Assembly: GCA_051294375.1 (NCBI GenBank)
Contig: CM119266.1
Coordinates: 20,810,780 to 20,874,779, forward strand
Source: Paraspadella gotoi
Lineage: Eukaryota; Animalia; Chaetognatha
Direction: 5' to 3'
DNA length: 64,000 bases
Below, piece after piece: positions 20,437-34,239 of the stretch. The notes under the pieces were generated by a model. The model had not been told where the DNA came from, did no database searches, and saw only the letters and a list, made by a program, of their open reading frames with translations. The position numbers and the translations under genes were made by a program. Each line of letters opens with the position of its first letter. Position 1 is the stretch's first letter.

Positions 20437-21861
20437 GTCTCTCATCTCTCTCTCTCTCTCCTCTCTCTCTCTCTTCTCTCTCTCTCTCACATAACGTGAA
20501 GTTTTTCGCAAGTCGTCACGGGTCACGTGATTTGTGGCCAACCGTGTCGCCATTGGCGGTGCCTTTTGAAGTTGGCTCGAGGAAACGGAGATGGAACAAA
20601 AGGATTCATCGTCGTCGTCGTCGTGATAGACGCGCGCGCGTTCTTTTCCGCTGGGACGCGACGACGACGAAGGCGCACGAGGGGAAACCGGAAACGAGTT
20701 TGATGGCGCGTGAAGATTTAGGCGCCGAATTTAGGCGCCGATTAATGGCGGGGAATCGATGGAAGCGACCACGATTCGAGTCTCTCTCATGCGCTTGGAA
20801 TCCAAGCGACTGAACCAAAAGTGAATCAATTAAAACTGTTGAGTTGACCTGACTTTAGTTATAACGGATCACGCGAAAGGATTTTCTTTTCAAGAATAGA
20901 AACGGAGAATACAATTAACATTTTTTTCAGATATTTTGACAAAAGCATTTCTCCTAATGAAGAAGAACTTAAATAATTGAAAAAGAAATCGTTGTTGAAA
21001 ACCAAGAAAGGTTTAATTCGTAAACGACGTAATTAAAACGACTGGCCTTGAATAACCTAAAAGTAAGGTTCGTTGCGAACTTGCCTAACTACGTAAATCA
21101 AAACATTTTTCCAGGAATTTGCAGAATGCAAATGTACAGTTGTACACGTCGTCCGGATGTTTATCGTCGCCGCGCTAACGCACGATATGGACGCCGATCC
21201 CAACGTAGCGCTGCGCAGCTGTGTCGCGTCACCGCGCTTCGACCGCAGCTGCGTTCGACGTCGTTTCGTCGTCGTCGTCGTTCCGTTCCGAAATCGTCGC
21301 GAATTTTTCTCTCTCTAAATCTCAACTATAAAATATACTAACTACTTCTGTAATGAGAACGCCATCGTGCTCTTTAAGGAGAAAACCAAGTCAAAACCTC
21401 GACTATGCAAAAAAGGAATGAGGGGAGTGAAAAATAGCGGTTGGAGGGTTCGAGGACATCGAATGAGGGACGGGAGGAAGCGTTCGGACAGCCGGAAGTT
21501 TCTCCTTCACGGTCGTCACGATACAAAATCTCATTTGCATATTGACCGTCGATGTCAAAGGTGACACCGACGTCAACAGAATCCGCGACGACCGGAAAAA
21601 AAACAGTCCGAGAGTAACAGCGGGAGGGGGGGGGGTGGAGAGTTCCGTATTTGTTGGTTGACATATGGGCCGAGTCAGTCGGTCATCCTATTTGCCTCTT
21701 TCGACTCGATGTCTCTTTAAAAGTTTCAACGGAGTCGCGAAGAATGGCTTCGTTTATTTGTTAGTTTGTCTATCAACGCCTCGTCTAAGCCTTGTTTCTA
21801 CTGTCGCCAACCTCTTCCGCGATGCAAAATTCAAACNNNNNNNNNNNNNNNNNNNNNNNNN

Positions 21862-21892
<31 letters not shown>

Positions 21893-22221
21893 AACTTTCT
21901 TAACTTTTTTTTTAGCTATATACTTTTTTCCCTTTCTTGAATTATTTTCTTTTTTTAGCTTCTATATTTTTTGTACTGAAAGATATGTATAAGCAAAGAA
22001 TAATAGAGACTGCATCCTCAATCCCAGCGGAGAGCCGCGATTGAGTCTGACGACTTTGAGGGTAATTGTCCCTTTTTTGTGTCCTGAATGTCCTCAAACC
22101 TTGCCCCACGCCCACCGCCCCCCTATTTTCTCCCGCCAAAAAAAGTCACCAGAAACATTAGTTCTCATTTTTTCTGCAACGGGGATTTATGATGCAGTGT
22201 CTCTCGCCTCATATCCTTCGA

Positions 22222-22260
<39 letters not shown>

Positions 22261-22262
22261 CT

Positions 22263-22303
<41 letters not shown>

Positions 22304-23698
22304 TAACGTGAAGTTTTTCGCAAGTCGTCACGGGTCACGTGATTTGTGGCCAACCGTGTCGCCATTGGCGGTGCCTTTTGAAGTTGGCTCGAGGAAACGG
22401 AAGCTGGAACAAAAGGATTCATCGTCGTCGTCGTCGTGATAGATTCGCGCGCGCGTTCTTTTCCGCTGGGACGCGACGACGACGAAGGCGCACGACGGGG
22501 AAACCGGAAACGAGTTTGATGGCGCGTGAAGATTTAGGCGCCGAATTTAGGCGCCGATTAATGGCGGGGAATCGATGGAAGCGACCACGATTCGAGTCTC
22601 TCTCATGCGCTTGGAATCCAAGCGACTGAACCAAAAGTGAATCAATTAAAACTGTTGAGTTGACCTGACTTTTAGTTATAACGGATCAAGCGGAAAGGAT
22701 TTTCTTTTCAAGAATAGAACGGAGAATACAATTACAAATTTTTTTCAGATATTTTGACAAAAGCATTTCTCCTAATGAAGAAGAACTTAAATAATTGAAA
22801 AAGAAATCGTTGTTGAAAACCAAGAAAGGTTTAATTCGTAAACGACGTAATTAAAACGACTGGCCTTGAATAACCTAAAAGTAAGGTTCGTTGCGAACTT
22901 GCCTAACTACGTAAATCAAAACATTTTTCCAGGAAGTTGCAGAATGCAAATGTACAGTTGTACACGTCGTCCGGATGTTTATCGTCGCCGCGCTACGCAC
23001 GATATGGACGCCGATCCCACGTAGCGCTGCGCAGCTGTGTCGCGTCACCCGCGTTCGACCGCAGCTGCGTTCGACGTCGTTTCGTCGTCGTCGTCGTCCG
23101 TTTCCGAAATCGTCGCGAATTTTTCTCTCTCTAAATCTCAAACTATAAATATACTACTACTTCTGTAATGAGAACGCCATCGTGCTCTTTAAGGAGAAAA
23201 CCAAGTCAAAGCCTCGACTATGCAAAAAAGGAATGAGGGGCAGGTGAAAATAGCGGTTGGAGGGTTCGAGGACATCGAAGTGAGGGACGGGAGGAAGCGT
23301 TCGGACAGCCGGAAGTTTCTCCTTCACGGTCGTCACGATACAAAATCTCATTTGCATATTGACCGTCGATGTCAAGGTGACACCGACGTCAACAGAATCC
23401 GCGACGACCGGAAAAAACAGTCCGAGAGTAACAGCGGGANNNNNNNNNNTGGAGAGTCCGTATTTGTTGGCTGACATATGGGCCGAGTCAGTCGGTCATC
23501 CTATTTGCCTTCTTCGACTCGATGTCTCTTTAAAAGTTTTCAACGGAGTCGCGAAGAATGGCTTCGTTTATTTGTTATTTGTTATTTGTTATTTATTTGT
23601 TAGCCTTGTTTCTCGTCGCAACCTTCTTCCCGATGCAAAATTCAAACTAAAAAATCCTTCAAATCCGAATGCCCTAAAACAGTGGAGACCGGCGTACG

Positions 23699-23797
<99 letters not shown>

Positions 23798-23966
23798 TTG
23801 AGTTCTATTGTCTCCTTTTTTCTATTCTTTGTTTTTTTTTGTTTTGTTTTTTGTATTCCTCTTTTTCCGTTTTAATCCTACCCAAACACTCGTTCAATGT
23901 TTGTTCGTCTCGTCCCGAGAGAGAGAAAAAGAAAAAAAANNNNNNNNNNNNNNNNNNNNNNNNNTT

Positions 23967-24043
<77 letters not shown>

Positions 24044-24309
24044 CTCTCTCTTTACGGATCTCACTTTTTCTCTCCGCCGCTTTTGTATTTCAGTTTTTAA
24101 TATATTTTTCATTCGATCAAAACAAAGATTTCTCTCTGTCTGGCCAACATTTTTTTTCTTTTCTCTCTCTCGGACGAGACGAACACAAACATTGAACGAG
24201 TGTTTGGGTGGATTAAAACGGAAAAAAGAGAATACAAAAAACAAAACAAAAAAAAAAAAGATAGAAAAAAGGGACAATAGAATCAAAATATAATAAAATA
24301 ATAATAATA

Positions 24310-24352
<43 letters not shown>

Positions 24353-25742
24353 TATATAATAATAATAATAATAATATCGTACGCCGGTCTCCACTGTTTT
24401 GGGCATTCGGATTGAAGGATTTTTTAGTTTGAATTTTGCATCGGGAAGAAGGTTGCGACGAGAAACAAGGCTAACATTATAAAAACAAATAACAAATAAA
24501 CGAAGCCATTCTTCGCGACTCCGTTGAAACTTTTAAAGAGACATGAGTTCGAAGAGGCAAATAGGATGACCGACTGACTCGGCCCATATGTCAACCAACA
24601 AATACGGACTCTCCACCCCCCCCTCCACCGTTTACTCTCGGACTGTTTTTTCCGGTCGTCCGCGGATTCTGTTGACGTCGGTGTCACCTTGACATCGCGG
24701 TCAATATGCAAATGAGATTTTGTATCGTGACGACCGTGAAGGAGAAACTTCCGGCTGTCCGACCGCTTCCTCCCGTCCCTCACTTCGATGTCCTCGAACC
24801 CTCCAACCGCTATTTTCACCGCCCTCATTCCTTTTTTGCATAGTCGAGGTTTGACTGTTTTCTCCTTAAAGAGCACGATGGACGTTCTCATTACAGAAGT
24901 AGTTAGTATATTTATAGTTTGAGATTTAGAGAGAGAAAATTCGCGACGATTTCGGAAACGGACGACGACGACGACGAAACGACGTCGAACGCAGCTGCGG
25001 TCGAACGCGGTGACGCGACACAGCTGCGCAGCGCTACTGGGATCGGCGTCCATATCGTGCGTAGCGCGGCGACGATAAACATCCGGACGACGTGTACAAC
25101 TGTACATTTGCATTCTGCAACTTCCTGGAAAAATGTTTTGATTTACGTAGTTAGGCAAGTTCGCAACGAACCTTACTTTTGGTTATTCAAGGCCAGTCGT
25201 TTTAATTACGTCGTTTACGAATAAACCTTTCTTGGTTTTTCAACAACGATTTCTTTTTCAATTATTTAAGTTCTTCTTCATTAGGAGAAATGCTTTTGTC
25301 AAAATATCTGAAAAAAATTAGTAATTGTATTCTCCGTTCTATTCTTGAAAAGAAAATCCTTTCCGATTGATCCGTTGATAACTAAAATCAGGTCAACTCA
25401 CAGTTTTAATTGATTCACTTTGGTTCAGTCGCTTGGATTCCAAGCGCATGAGAGGGACTCGAATCGTGGTCGCTTCCATCGATTCCCGCCATTAATCGGC
25501 GCCTAAATTCGGCGCCTAAATCTTCACGCGCCATCAAACTCGTTTCGGTTTCCCGTCGTGCGCCTTCGCGTCGTCGCGTCCCAGCGGAAAAGAAGGCGCG
25601 CGCGTCTATCACGACGACGACGACGATGAATCCTTTGTTCCAGCTTCCGTTTCCTCGAGCCAACTTCAAAAGGCACCGCCAATGGCGACACGGTTGGCCA
25701 AAATCACGTGACCCGTGACGACTTGCGAAAAACTTCACGTTA

Positions 25743-25799
<57 letters not shown>

Positions 25800-27900
25800 A
25801 AGAGAAGAGAGAGAGAGAGAGAGAGAGACATTCGAAGGATATGAGGCGAGAGACAGCTGCATCATAAATCCCCTTGCAGAAAAAATGAGAACTAATGTTT
25901 CTGGTGACTTTTTTTGGCGGGAGAATAGGGGCGTGGGGCAAAGGTTTGGAGGACATTCGGACACAAAAAAGGACAATACCTCAAAGTCGTCAGATCTCAA
26001 TCGCGGCTCTCCGCTGGGATTGAGGATGCAGTCTCTATTATTCTTTGCTTTACATACCTTTTTCAGTAAAAAAAATATAGAAGCTAAAAAAGAAAATAAT
26101 TCAGAAAAGGAAAAAAGTATATAGCTAAAAAAAAAGTTAAGAAAGAAAGAAAGAAAGAAAGAAAGAAGAAAGAAATTGAAGGTAGGATGATGGATGGATG
26201 GATGGATGTGAGAGTGGGAGGAAAACTTTCGGCGGTTGAGTCTCCGAGATTGGACGCCGGATCAGAAGAGATCAATTCTCCGAAAGGATCAAAAGAATGA
26301 CCGCCGACTCGAGGCTGTCGATGCCGAGTAAGCCGCAGGACTGGAATTGCTTGAGCTGCATTGGATCTCGTTGATTGTCCTCACCCATATTTTCTAAACT
26401 CTCGCCATACAATGATTATCATCATTATGTGCTATTATCTGAATAAACCCCCCCAAAAAAAATGATTTGGGTGACAACAACAAAAAATTTGCCGTTGTTG
26501 TCAACCAATATAAAACTTTGTTTTCGTTTACTATTCTAAATGAACCGAATCGAAGATATTCACAATGTCTACGACTACAGTGCTCATAACTTAAAATATA
26601 GTAAGAATATTAACCCCGAACTTTGTCTCCTCACTACGAGCGTGTTCCAAACGAAAAACATTCCTAGTTTGTTCATATTCGTAATGGTTCACCAAAACAG
26701 GATAATGAGACGTAAACGGCCGAGACAACTTTTAATATCTTTTCTCTCTCCTCTCTCTCTCTTCTTCAAACCGTTTCGACGTTGAGATGAGTCGTGATCG
26801 ATCGATTAATTTTACGCAACGTTAATGTTTTCGCCTCCGAACTGGAGTCAGACTCAGGACTCCCTTACGCCTCCCTCCATCGAATCCTTACTCTTACCCC
26901 TCGCCCCATCTGCCACCCCCACCGCCCTCTTCTCCTTTGAACACGGCCGCCCGCCTTCCACGCTTTCTCAGAAGTTTCGCCGCCAGGCCGCCATTCTTCT
27001 CCGCGGTTAATTACCAGTACTGGTTATTCTGCGGGAGAGAAATAATCCTTCTCTCTTTCCCCCCCCCCTTTCTTTTTTCTCCCGATCCCGGGCTATTCTT
27101 TTCTCTCTCTCTATCTCTCTCTCTCTCTCTGACCAATAGTCGTCCTCGTCGTCGTTTTACCTTTTGGCCTTACACTTTAAAAGATAAGGCTTTCTAGGGA
27201 GAGAGATCGTGGGAGGTCAGGATCACTGAAGGATTTGAAACGGCCTTTCTCACGACTTGAGGATTTAAAAAAATATATACCGCATCAAAAGTAATCTATA
27301 ATTTTTTACATACCATAAAGTGGGTTCTTTAATTTTTATATATACCAAAAAATTTTACCAAACTTAATTGGTTTATTACCGGTATTTCTGGCTTTATCGT
27401 CGGTAAGAAATTTCATATTTAAATTAGTTCCTCGCAACTTAACCATATACGATATAGTCTCCCAAAAAAACGCTGTTTCTAATTACGTTGGTACAAATCC
27501 CTCAACCAGTATTATCTGCGAGGTTTTTGAGAACTTTTATAGTCTTTGACTTTTAGACTTTTAAATTTACTATTTCTTTGCCAGGCCCGAAAATCCATCC
27601 GTCCACCGTGCCATTGTTTCTCATACTTTTGAAATATATGTCCGAGTTCCCTACTTCCCTCTATCGCTGTCGAAAAGTATCAACAAAAGTTCTGTGTGAT
27701 CAGTTTTGAACAAATTTTCGTCAATATTCAAATAGTGATTTAAAATGCGTGGGCAGAGCAGCATGCGGTACCTTTCGATTTTTTCTGTAAACTGATCCTG
27801 TCAACGTAAAATTCGGGAGACTTCATTGGGAATTATCTTTCACTCCGAAGCTTAGAATCAAGCCTATCACTAATATTTTTTTTCTTATCAAACAAGCACC
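18266..27900. repeat. Large inverted duplication with an internal tandem copy and three N gaps
   Basis: 18266-21836 and 21862-23939 are mirrored by ~24160-27900. ~20030-21836 is repeated directly at 21862-23646. Gaps lie at 21837-21861, 23440-23449 and 23940-23964. Copies differ mainly by 1-nt indels. Confidence 0.92.
23700..23797. repeat. (TAT)n microsatellite
   Basis: Direct reading; an inverted (ATA)n copy lies at ~24290-24375. Confidence 0.95.
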
Positions 27901-28972
27901 AAAGTCCAACGAATCTTGATTCCGATTTGATTCGTAGTAAAATATTATGTTTTATTCACAATAGTTAAGGGCCCATCGTAGGTTTTACCGAACTTACAAT
28001 TTAACGGGATAATAATAAATTCGACTGATATCCATTTTTACATCTTCCCCGACGAAAAATCTAGAGATTTTTGCTGAAGGGGAATTCGATCCCGCGCATC
28101 AGAAAAATGATCTCTCATTCCGCCTTTTGATGTTTCCTCTTTTTCCTCTTCCTCTTCTTTCTCATTATTCTTCTTCCTTCTAATCAACTTCTCTCTCTTT
28201 CTCTCTCGATGATGTTCATCTTTTTTTTTCCCGATGGGTTATTTTTTTTTTCCGCTGCCCGCCAATTGGACGCCCGAGATCCCACAATCCCTTCAATTCT
28301 GCGTGCGTTTCCCTGCGTGCGAGGACGTGCGAGTACGTGCGAGTGTTTCCAATTTCCGCGGTATCGATTCGCTTTGTATCGGACGAGGAGGCCGAGGGCC
28401 TCCCGTTCACGAGCTCATCCGTTTCGAACGCCACCCTGAAATCATCTCGCGTCGCTCGAGGGGAAATTCGAAACATACGAAAAGGGGGGGGGGAATATAT
28501 ATCAGTTTTTCTCCATCTCTCATCTTTTCATTAGCTTTTCCCCTTTATTTCTCTCCTATTTTCTATCTCACAATCAATTTGTTTCTTTCTTTTTATCCGT
28601 TAGATAATTTTTTTTCCGCCGGAATTAAAATAATAAGATAAAGTTTTAATTGAACAGTTGTTATTAGGTCAGAGTCGCCATGATGACATGAGAACAGACG
28701 TGATAAAAAATTTTCGAGAGCAGTAGTTCTTGTACTGCGTGTTTTGATGAGAATTTTAATACAAACTGTTCGCGATGAATTTTTAACTCCAACTCCCTCT
28801 CAATCCTGCGCTACACCCTATCCTCCTTCCCTCCCCCTCCCCTCCCCCCTCCTCCTCCTCCTCTTCATCTTCATTCCATGCCTCTCGTCCATTCGTCTGA
28901 TTCGCCGCGGATTTTGGCTCAAGTAAAAAGTTTTTCGTTGGCAAAAATCCCGCGTTTGTTTCAATTACCCCC

Positions 28973-29006
<34 letters not shown>

Positions 29007-29920
29007 CTTCCCTCTCTCTCCATAAATAATAAAAAACAGTGGCCGTTTATTCGACTGCCAAAGGCGCAATAAACTAAAGTTATTACTCGACACGCAGTCG
29101 AAATGATGCGCTCAGAGGATGCGAGCAGAAAAGTTGCGATCTCTGAACCATTCTCAATTCTTCAGTCCACACGGGAACGATAAAAGTCGAGGATCAACGC
29201 TTAAAGAGTTAGACGCTACCGATTCGAAAGATGCAAACTCTGACGAGTTCGAATTAGAAAAAAAAAAAAAAATCGAAAATTGATAAAAGTATCACAACGA
29301 ATCTCATCATTTCTAAATCTAAGGGATCCTCGATCGTAAAGGGGGGAATATTCAAAAATGATGCAATGGTCCCGTTCTCAGACCCGGAGTCGAAAAGGCC
29401 AAAGCAAAGATGATACAACCCCTCCTCAGCCCTGAGCCGACACTCCCCCGCTGGGAGAAACAGCGGTTAACCAAAAGTGGGTCTTGCAGAAGAATTCTCC
29501 CGAAGTCCACACTCGGGCCGGTTTAAGGTCTCCCTTTATTTTTATTTGTGCCGCGAGTGCTCTCTATTCGGTCGGTCTGTCGGTCTGTCTATCCGTCGAT
29601 CTGCCTCACTTACGTTAAAAATAACTCGCATATAGTTGGTTGCTCATTTGTTAAGAAAGAAAAAGACCTCAAATCTGAGGGACTGCTAGCGCCGCCTTCA
29701 GGAAATCCTAAAACTAATTAATAAAGACGGAATTCCGATGCAGTGCGTGTCATAAATACATGGGCTAAGAAAGTTATTGTAGTCATGTCATGTCACGTCA
29801 TGTCACGTTATGTCATGTCATGTTACGAGAAATACACGTAATAAGGCTGTCACTAAATAGTAAATTACTTTTGCGTTACACCTTGGAATTGCCGTTCCTT
29901 ATTTTTTTAGTTGTTTTTTT

Positions 29921-30004
<84 letters not shown>

Positions 30005-30539
30005 GCTTTCTTTTTCTTTCTTCCTTTCTTTCTTTCTTGCTTTCTTTTTCTTTCTTCGTTCATCCGTTGCTTCTATCAGTGTTTTTTTCATTCTCTCCAA
30101 TGTGCCAATGCGGGGGAGGATGCAAACTTTAAACAGCAAAATATTTGGCATTAACCAAATATAGAAAGGAAACGCTAAAGTAAAATACGGATTATCCGTC
30201 CGAAAAGTGAAGGAACTACGTTAAAAATAGTTTCCTTGGCGCGCGAATCTTAACTCCACGCGTAATTATCTCGTGCGTTGCGTGTACAATTCTCAACGGA
30301 CTGCTTTACAAGAAAAAAAAACCGAGTTGCCCCATCCTGCGTACGAGAAATAACATTCCTTATCTCCTCGATAATTACGCAAGACCGTGACCATTCTTCA
30401 TCCCGCCTTCCAAGAGGGCGCGCCTCCCGAGTTTTGAACAATAACAAGCCATGATAATTAGTCTAAGTTCGCAATTACTTTCGCGTAAAACGGGGATTAA
30501 GACTCGGGTAGAAACTTAAGGGGCGGATTCTTATGTCTC

Positions 30540-30593
<54 letters not shown>

Positions 30594-30602
30594 CTCTCTT
30601 CT

Positions 30603-30636
<34 letters not shown>

Positions 30637-31549
30637 CTCTCGCTTCTTTCCGACCTCAATTTATACACGAATCTCAGTGAAAACCGTCTTTTTTTTTATT
30701 TCGAAATATTTCTTAGAAGTTGTTACGCCCGACGTCGTTATCGTCGTCGCCACCGTAGCTGTCAGCGTCGTTTTCGTCAACGTCGTCGTCGTCGTCGTCG
30801 TCGCCATTCTTCTTTGACAGTGGAGTTTTCGAAAATTAAGATTGACAGTAACACAACAAACGTATTCATTATTCGCATCTCGAGCTATTTTTTTGTTTCG
30901 AAATGGAAAAAAAAAAAAAAAACGCGAGTAGGACAAAAGTAGCCGTCAGAAGAGTTGTAGCTGTTAAATTTTAAGATTTAGCGCTTTCAGATATCTAAAT
31001 TAGATTAAATTATTGAAGTTCGTTTCATAATAAATACAGTATATAATTTTTTTATGAAAAAAACTTGAAAGAGTTGGTGAAACTAAATAATGATTGGTTG
31101 ACGCATGATCACGAAACTGAGCAGTGATCACGTTTTCCCCATGATAACCTCCGTTTTTTTAATTGAAAAATTGGCCGTAACTGTTAATAATACTTTTTAT
31201 AGCACAGGGTAAATAATGATAAAACTAGGTCCCACTCTCATAACGAGGAAAAAAAAACAAACTAGAAACCTTTTTCATAAATTTTTTCTTCGAGTCCGAA
31301 TTCTAAGCCTAAGCAGCCCAAAGGCCTCGGCGTTGATCCTCGTCGATTTTATCGTCGTCGTCGTTGTCGTCGTCGTACTCCTCCTCCTCCTCCTCCTCCT
31401 GCCCCACTCGGCGGCGATCACAAGGCTTTCTCTTTCTTCTGATTCGCCTCCGAGAAATCCGCTCGATAAACAAAAAAGAAAAAGAAAAAAGGAAAAGAAA
31501 GAAAAAACAGGATGGGAAGGAAAGAGTGAACGAAAGTAGAGAGAATAAA

Positions 31550-31608
<59 letters not shown>

Positions 31609-32568
31609 CTTAAAATCCCCGAGGCCCTACTTCCCCTTCGACGCCAGTCTCTTTCTTTCTCTCTCTCTCTCTCACACATACACACACATAAATACACTCA
31701 CTCTGAACATCGCGTATCATTTGCGCCGAAAATTCCGTCTTTCGGACATTCGAGGAGTGTTGACTACATCCTCGTCATCGTCGTCATCGTCGTCTTCGTA
31801 TCTCTGACATTTTCTGCCTTCCTTAGAGTAAAAAACCGCATTTTTCGAATCGGCGTGATAAAACAAAAAAAAAAACTTTCCTTTTTCGGCACGACTCTCT
31901 CTCCCTCGTGACTCTCTCGTTCTCCCTCGTGACTCTCTCCCTCTCCCTCTCCCTCGTGACTCTCTCTCCCTCTCTTTCACTCTTTCCAACTCGGGCGAAA
32001 TAAAAAAAAGTGGTTTCCTTCGTCGTCGTCGTCAACTTCATCGTCGTCTTCATCGCCGTCTCAGTCTCCGACGCATTGTTTCGTCGTTTTATTGAATTTG
32101 TCCGAGACGCAAGAAGATTTTCTCTCGCTTTGGCGTCGGAGGAAGAGTGGCGCCACCGATTATCGCAATAAAACATAAGAAGAGAGAGCGAATATAAAAA
32201 AAAAGGGAACAACTACGACCGTATCGACGACTACTATTCCGCCGAGGACGACGACGAAGAGGACGACGACGAAGAGGACGACGACGAAGAGGAGGAGGAG
32301 AACGACGACGTTGTCCTCGTCGACGAAAGAGAGAGAGATAGAGAGAGAGAGGGAGCGAGACAGAGAGCGAGAGAGAGATTTCCCCCTCGAGTTATAACTT
32401 TTTATCCTCACGCGATGGAAAAAATCGAAAACTGATGAAAGAGAAAAAAAATCGATGCTTTTTTTTTTTCTTCGAAATGAAAATTTCTTTCGAATCTTTG
32501 AAGGACGAATTAAAATAAAGACGAAAAAGAAAATAACGAAACGAACAGAACACATTCTTATTCTTCTT

Positions 32569-32655
<87 letters not shown>

Positions 32656-32803
32656 CAACCAATCTTTCCCTCTTTATCAAGTGACAGAGGGAGAGCTCGT
32701 CGGTATAGAAACGAAGAAGAAGTAATAAGAAAACTGCCGACTTTTTCGCTTTGAAGTCAAAATTAACCTTTAAAAATCCCAACGGGAGAAAAATTACGAA
32801 GAA

Positions 32804-33508
32804 ATGGGAAAACTTCAAAGCAAACCGGGTGAGTCTCCGCCTTCCGGTGAAAAAAAAGCTGAATTATTTCAGCTTTTTAGCCGTAAAGGTTTTTCATTTA
32901 AAAAAAAAATTCAATAAATAAAACATTCTCTTCTCTTCTTTTCCGAGTCGAGAAAAAAAACCACATTCTTCATTACTGTTCTCGTATATGTTTTTCAATT
33001 TCCCTCTTCATTTCTATTTTTTCCTTTGATACTTTTCCTTATAATTTTATTTTCCTTTTAAACTTCTCCTTATATTTTTATTTTCCTTTTAAACTTTTTC
33101 TTATATTTTTATTTTCTTTTTAATTTTTTTCTTATATTTTTATTTTCCTTTTAAATTTTTACTTATATATATTTTTTTTAAAAAACTTTTTCTTATATTT
33201 TTATATTACATTTAAACTTCTAATATTTTTATTCTCCTTTTAAACTTTTCTGTTTCTTTTTATTTTCCTTTTAAACTTTTCCTTATATTTTTATTCTCCT
33301 TTTAAACTTCTCCTTATATTTTTATTCTCCTTTTAAACTTTTCCATATATTTTTATTTTCCTTTTATATTTTTCCTTATATTTTTATTCTTTCTTTTTTT
33401 CATTTTCTCTCCCGAGGATTTTCTTGGTGTATTTTCATTTTCTCGAAAACCCCCAAAATTTGAAAAGTTCGAATCCCAACATTTTCCCAGAACTTCGTTC
33501 CTGCCTTT

Positions 33509-33554
<46 letters not shown>

Positions 33555-34182
33555 CTCTCTTTCTCCTCTCTCTCTCTCTTCTCTCTCTTCTCTCTCTCTC
33601 TCATCTCTCATCTAATCTCTCTCTCTCTCTCTCTCGTTCTATTTGTGACTTCCTTTCCGTTTTTTGCTCAATTCGTGTTTTTTTCTTTTTAGCGGCCTCT
33701 TTTATGAGAAAATAAAAACCAAAAAAGGGAAGAAAAAGAAAAAATACGAAAAAAAAATAAAGACTATCGATTTGATTTCAAACGAAGATTTTTAAAAAGT
33801 TCCGCTCTTTGTATAAATGATTTTCAAATCCGTACATGTAAATCAATATTGTCGGAAATGAGACAGTTGTAATAAAATCGACGACAGAAAAAAAAAGGAA
33901 GAAAAAAGAGAATAAATAAAGAAAAAGAGTTAGAAGAGAGAAGTGGAGTTGGATGTAGGCTTGACAACTTTCCGTTTTAAGCTGACATTTAATCCTCTTC
34001 ATTCGTGCCTTCAACTTGAAATGAATTCTTTCGCTTTTTCGGCCTCTTCCCTATTTATTTAAATCCTTGGCTTTCTCGCAAAAAAGGGAGAGAGAAAACA
34101 ACGACGCAAAATTTTGATTATATTCAAAAGCGCTTTTCCCGTTCCACCCCCCATCTCTCTCTCTCCTTCTCTCTCTCTCTTA

Positions 34183-34239
<57 letters not shown>

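Noticed and set aside
19820-21836. GC-rich exon-like segments in the duplicated block
   Set aside because: Reading frames disagree between the indel-ridden copies and no domain is recognisable; polished sequence is needed.
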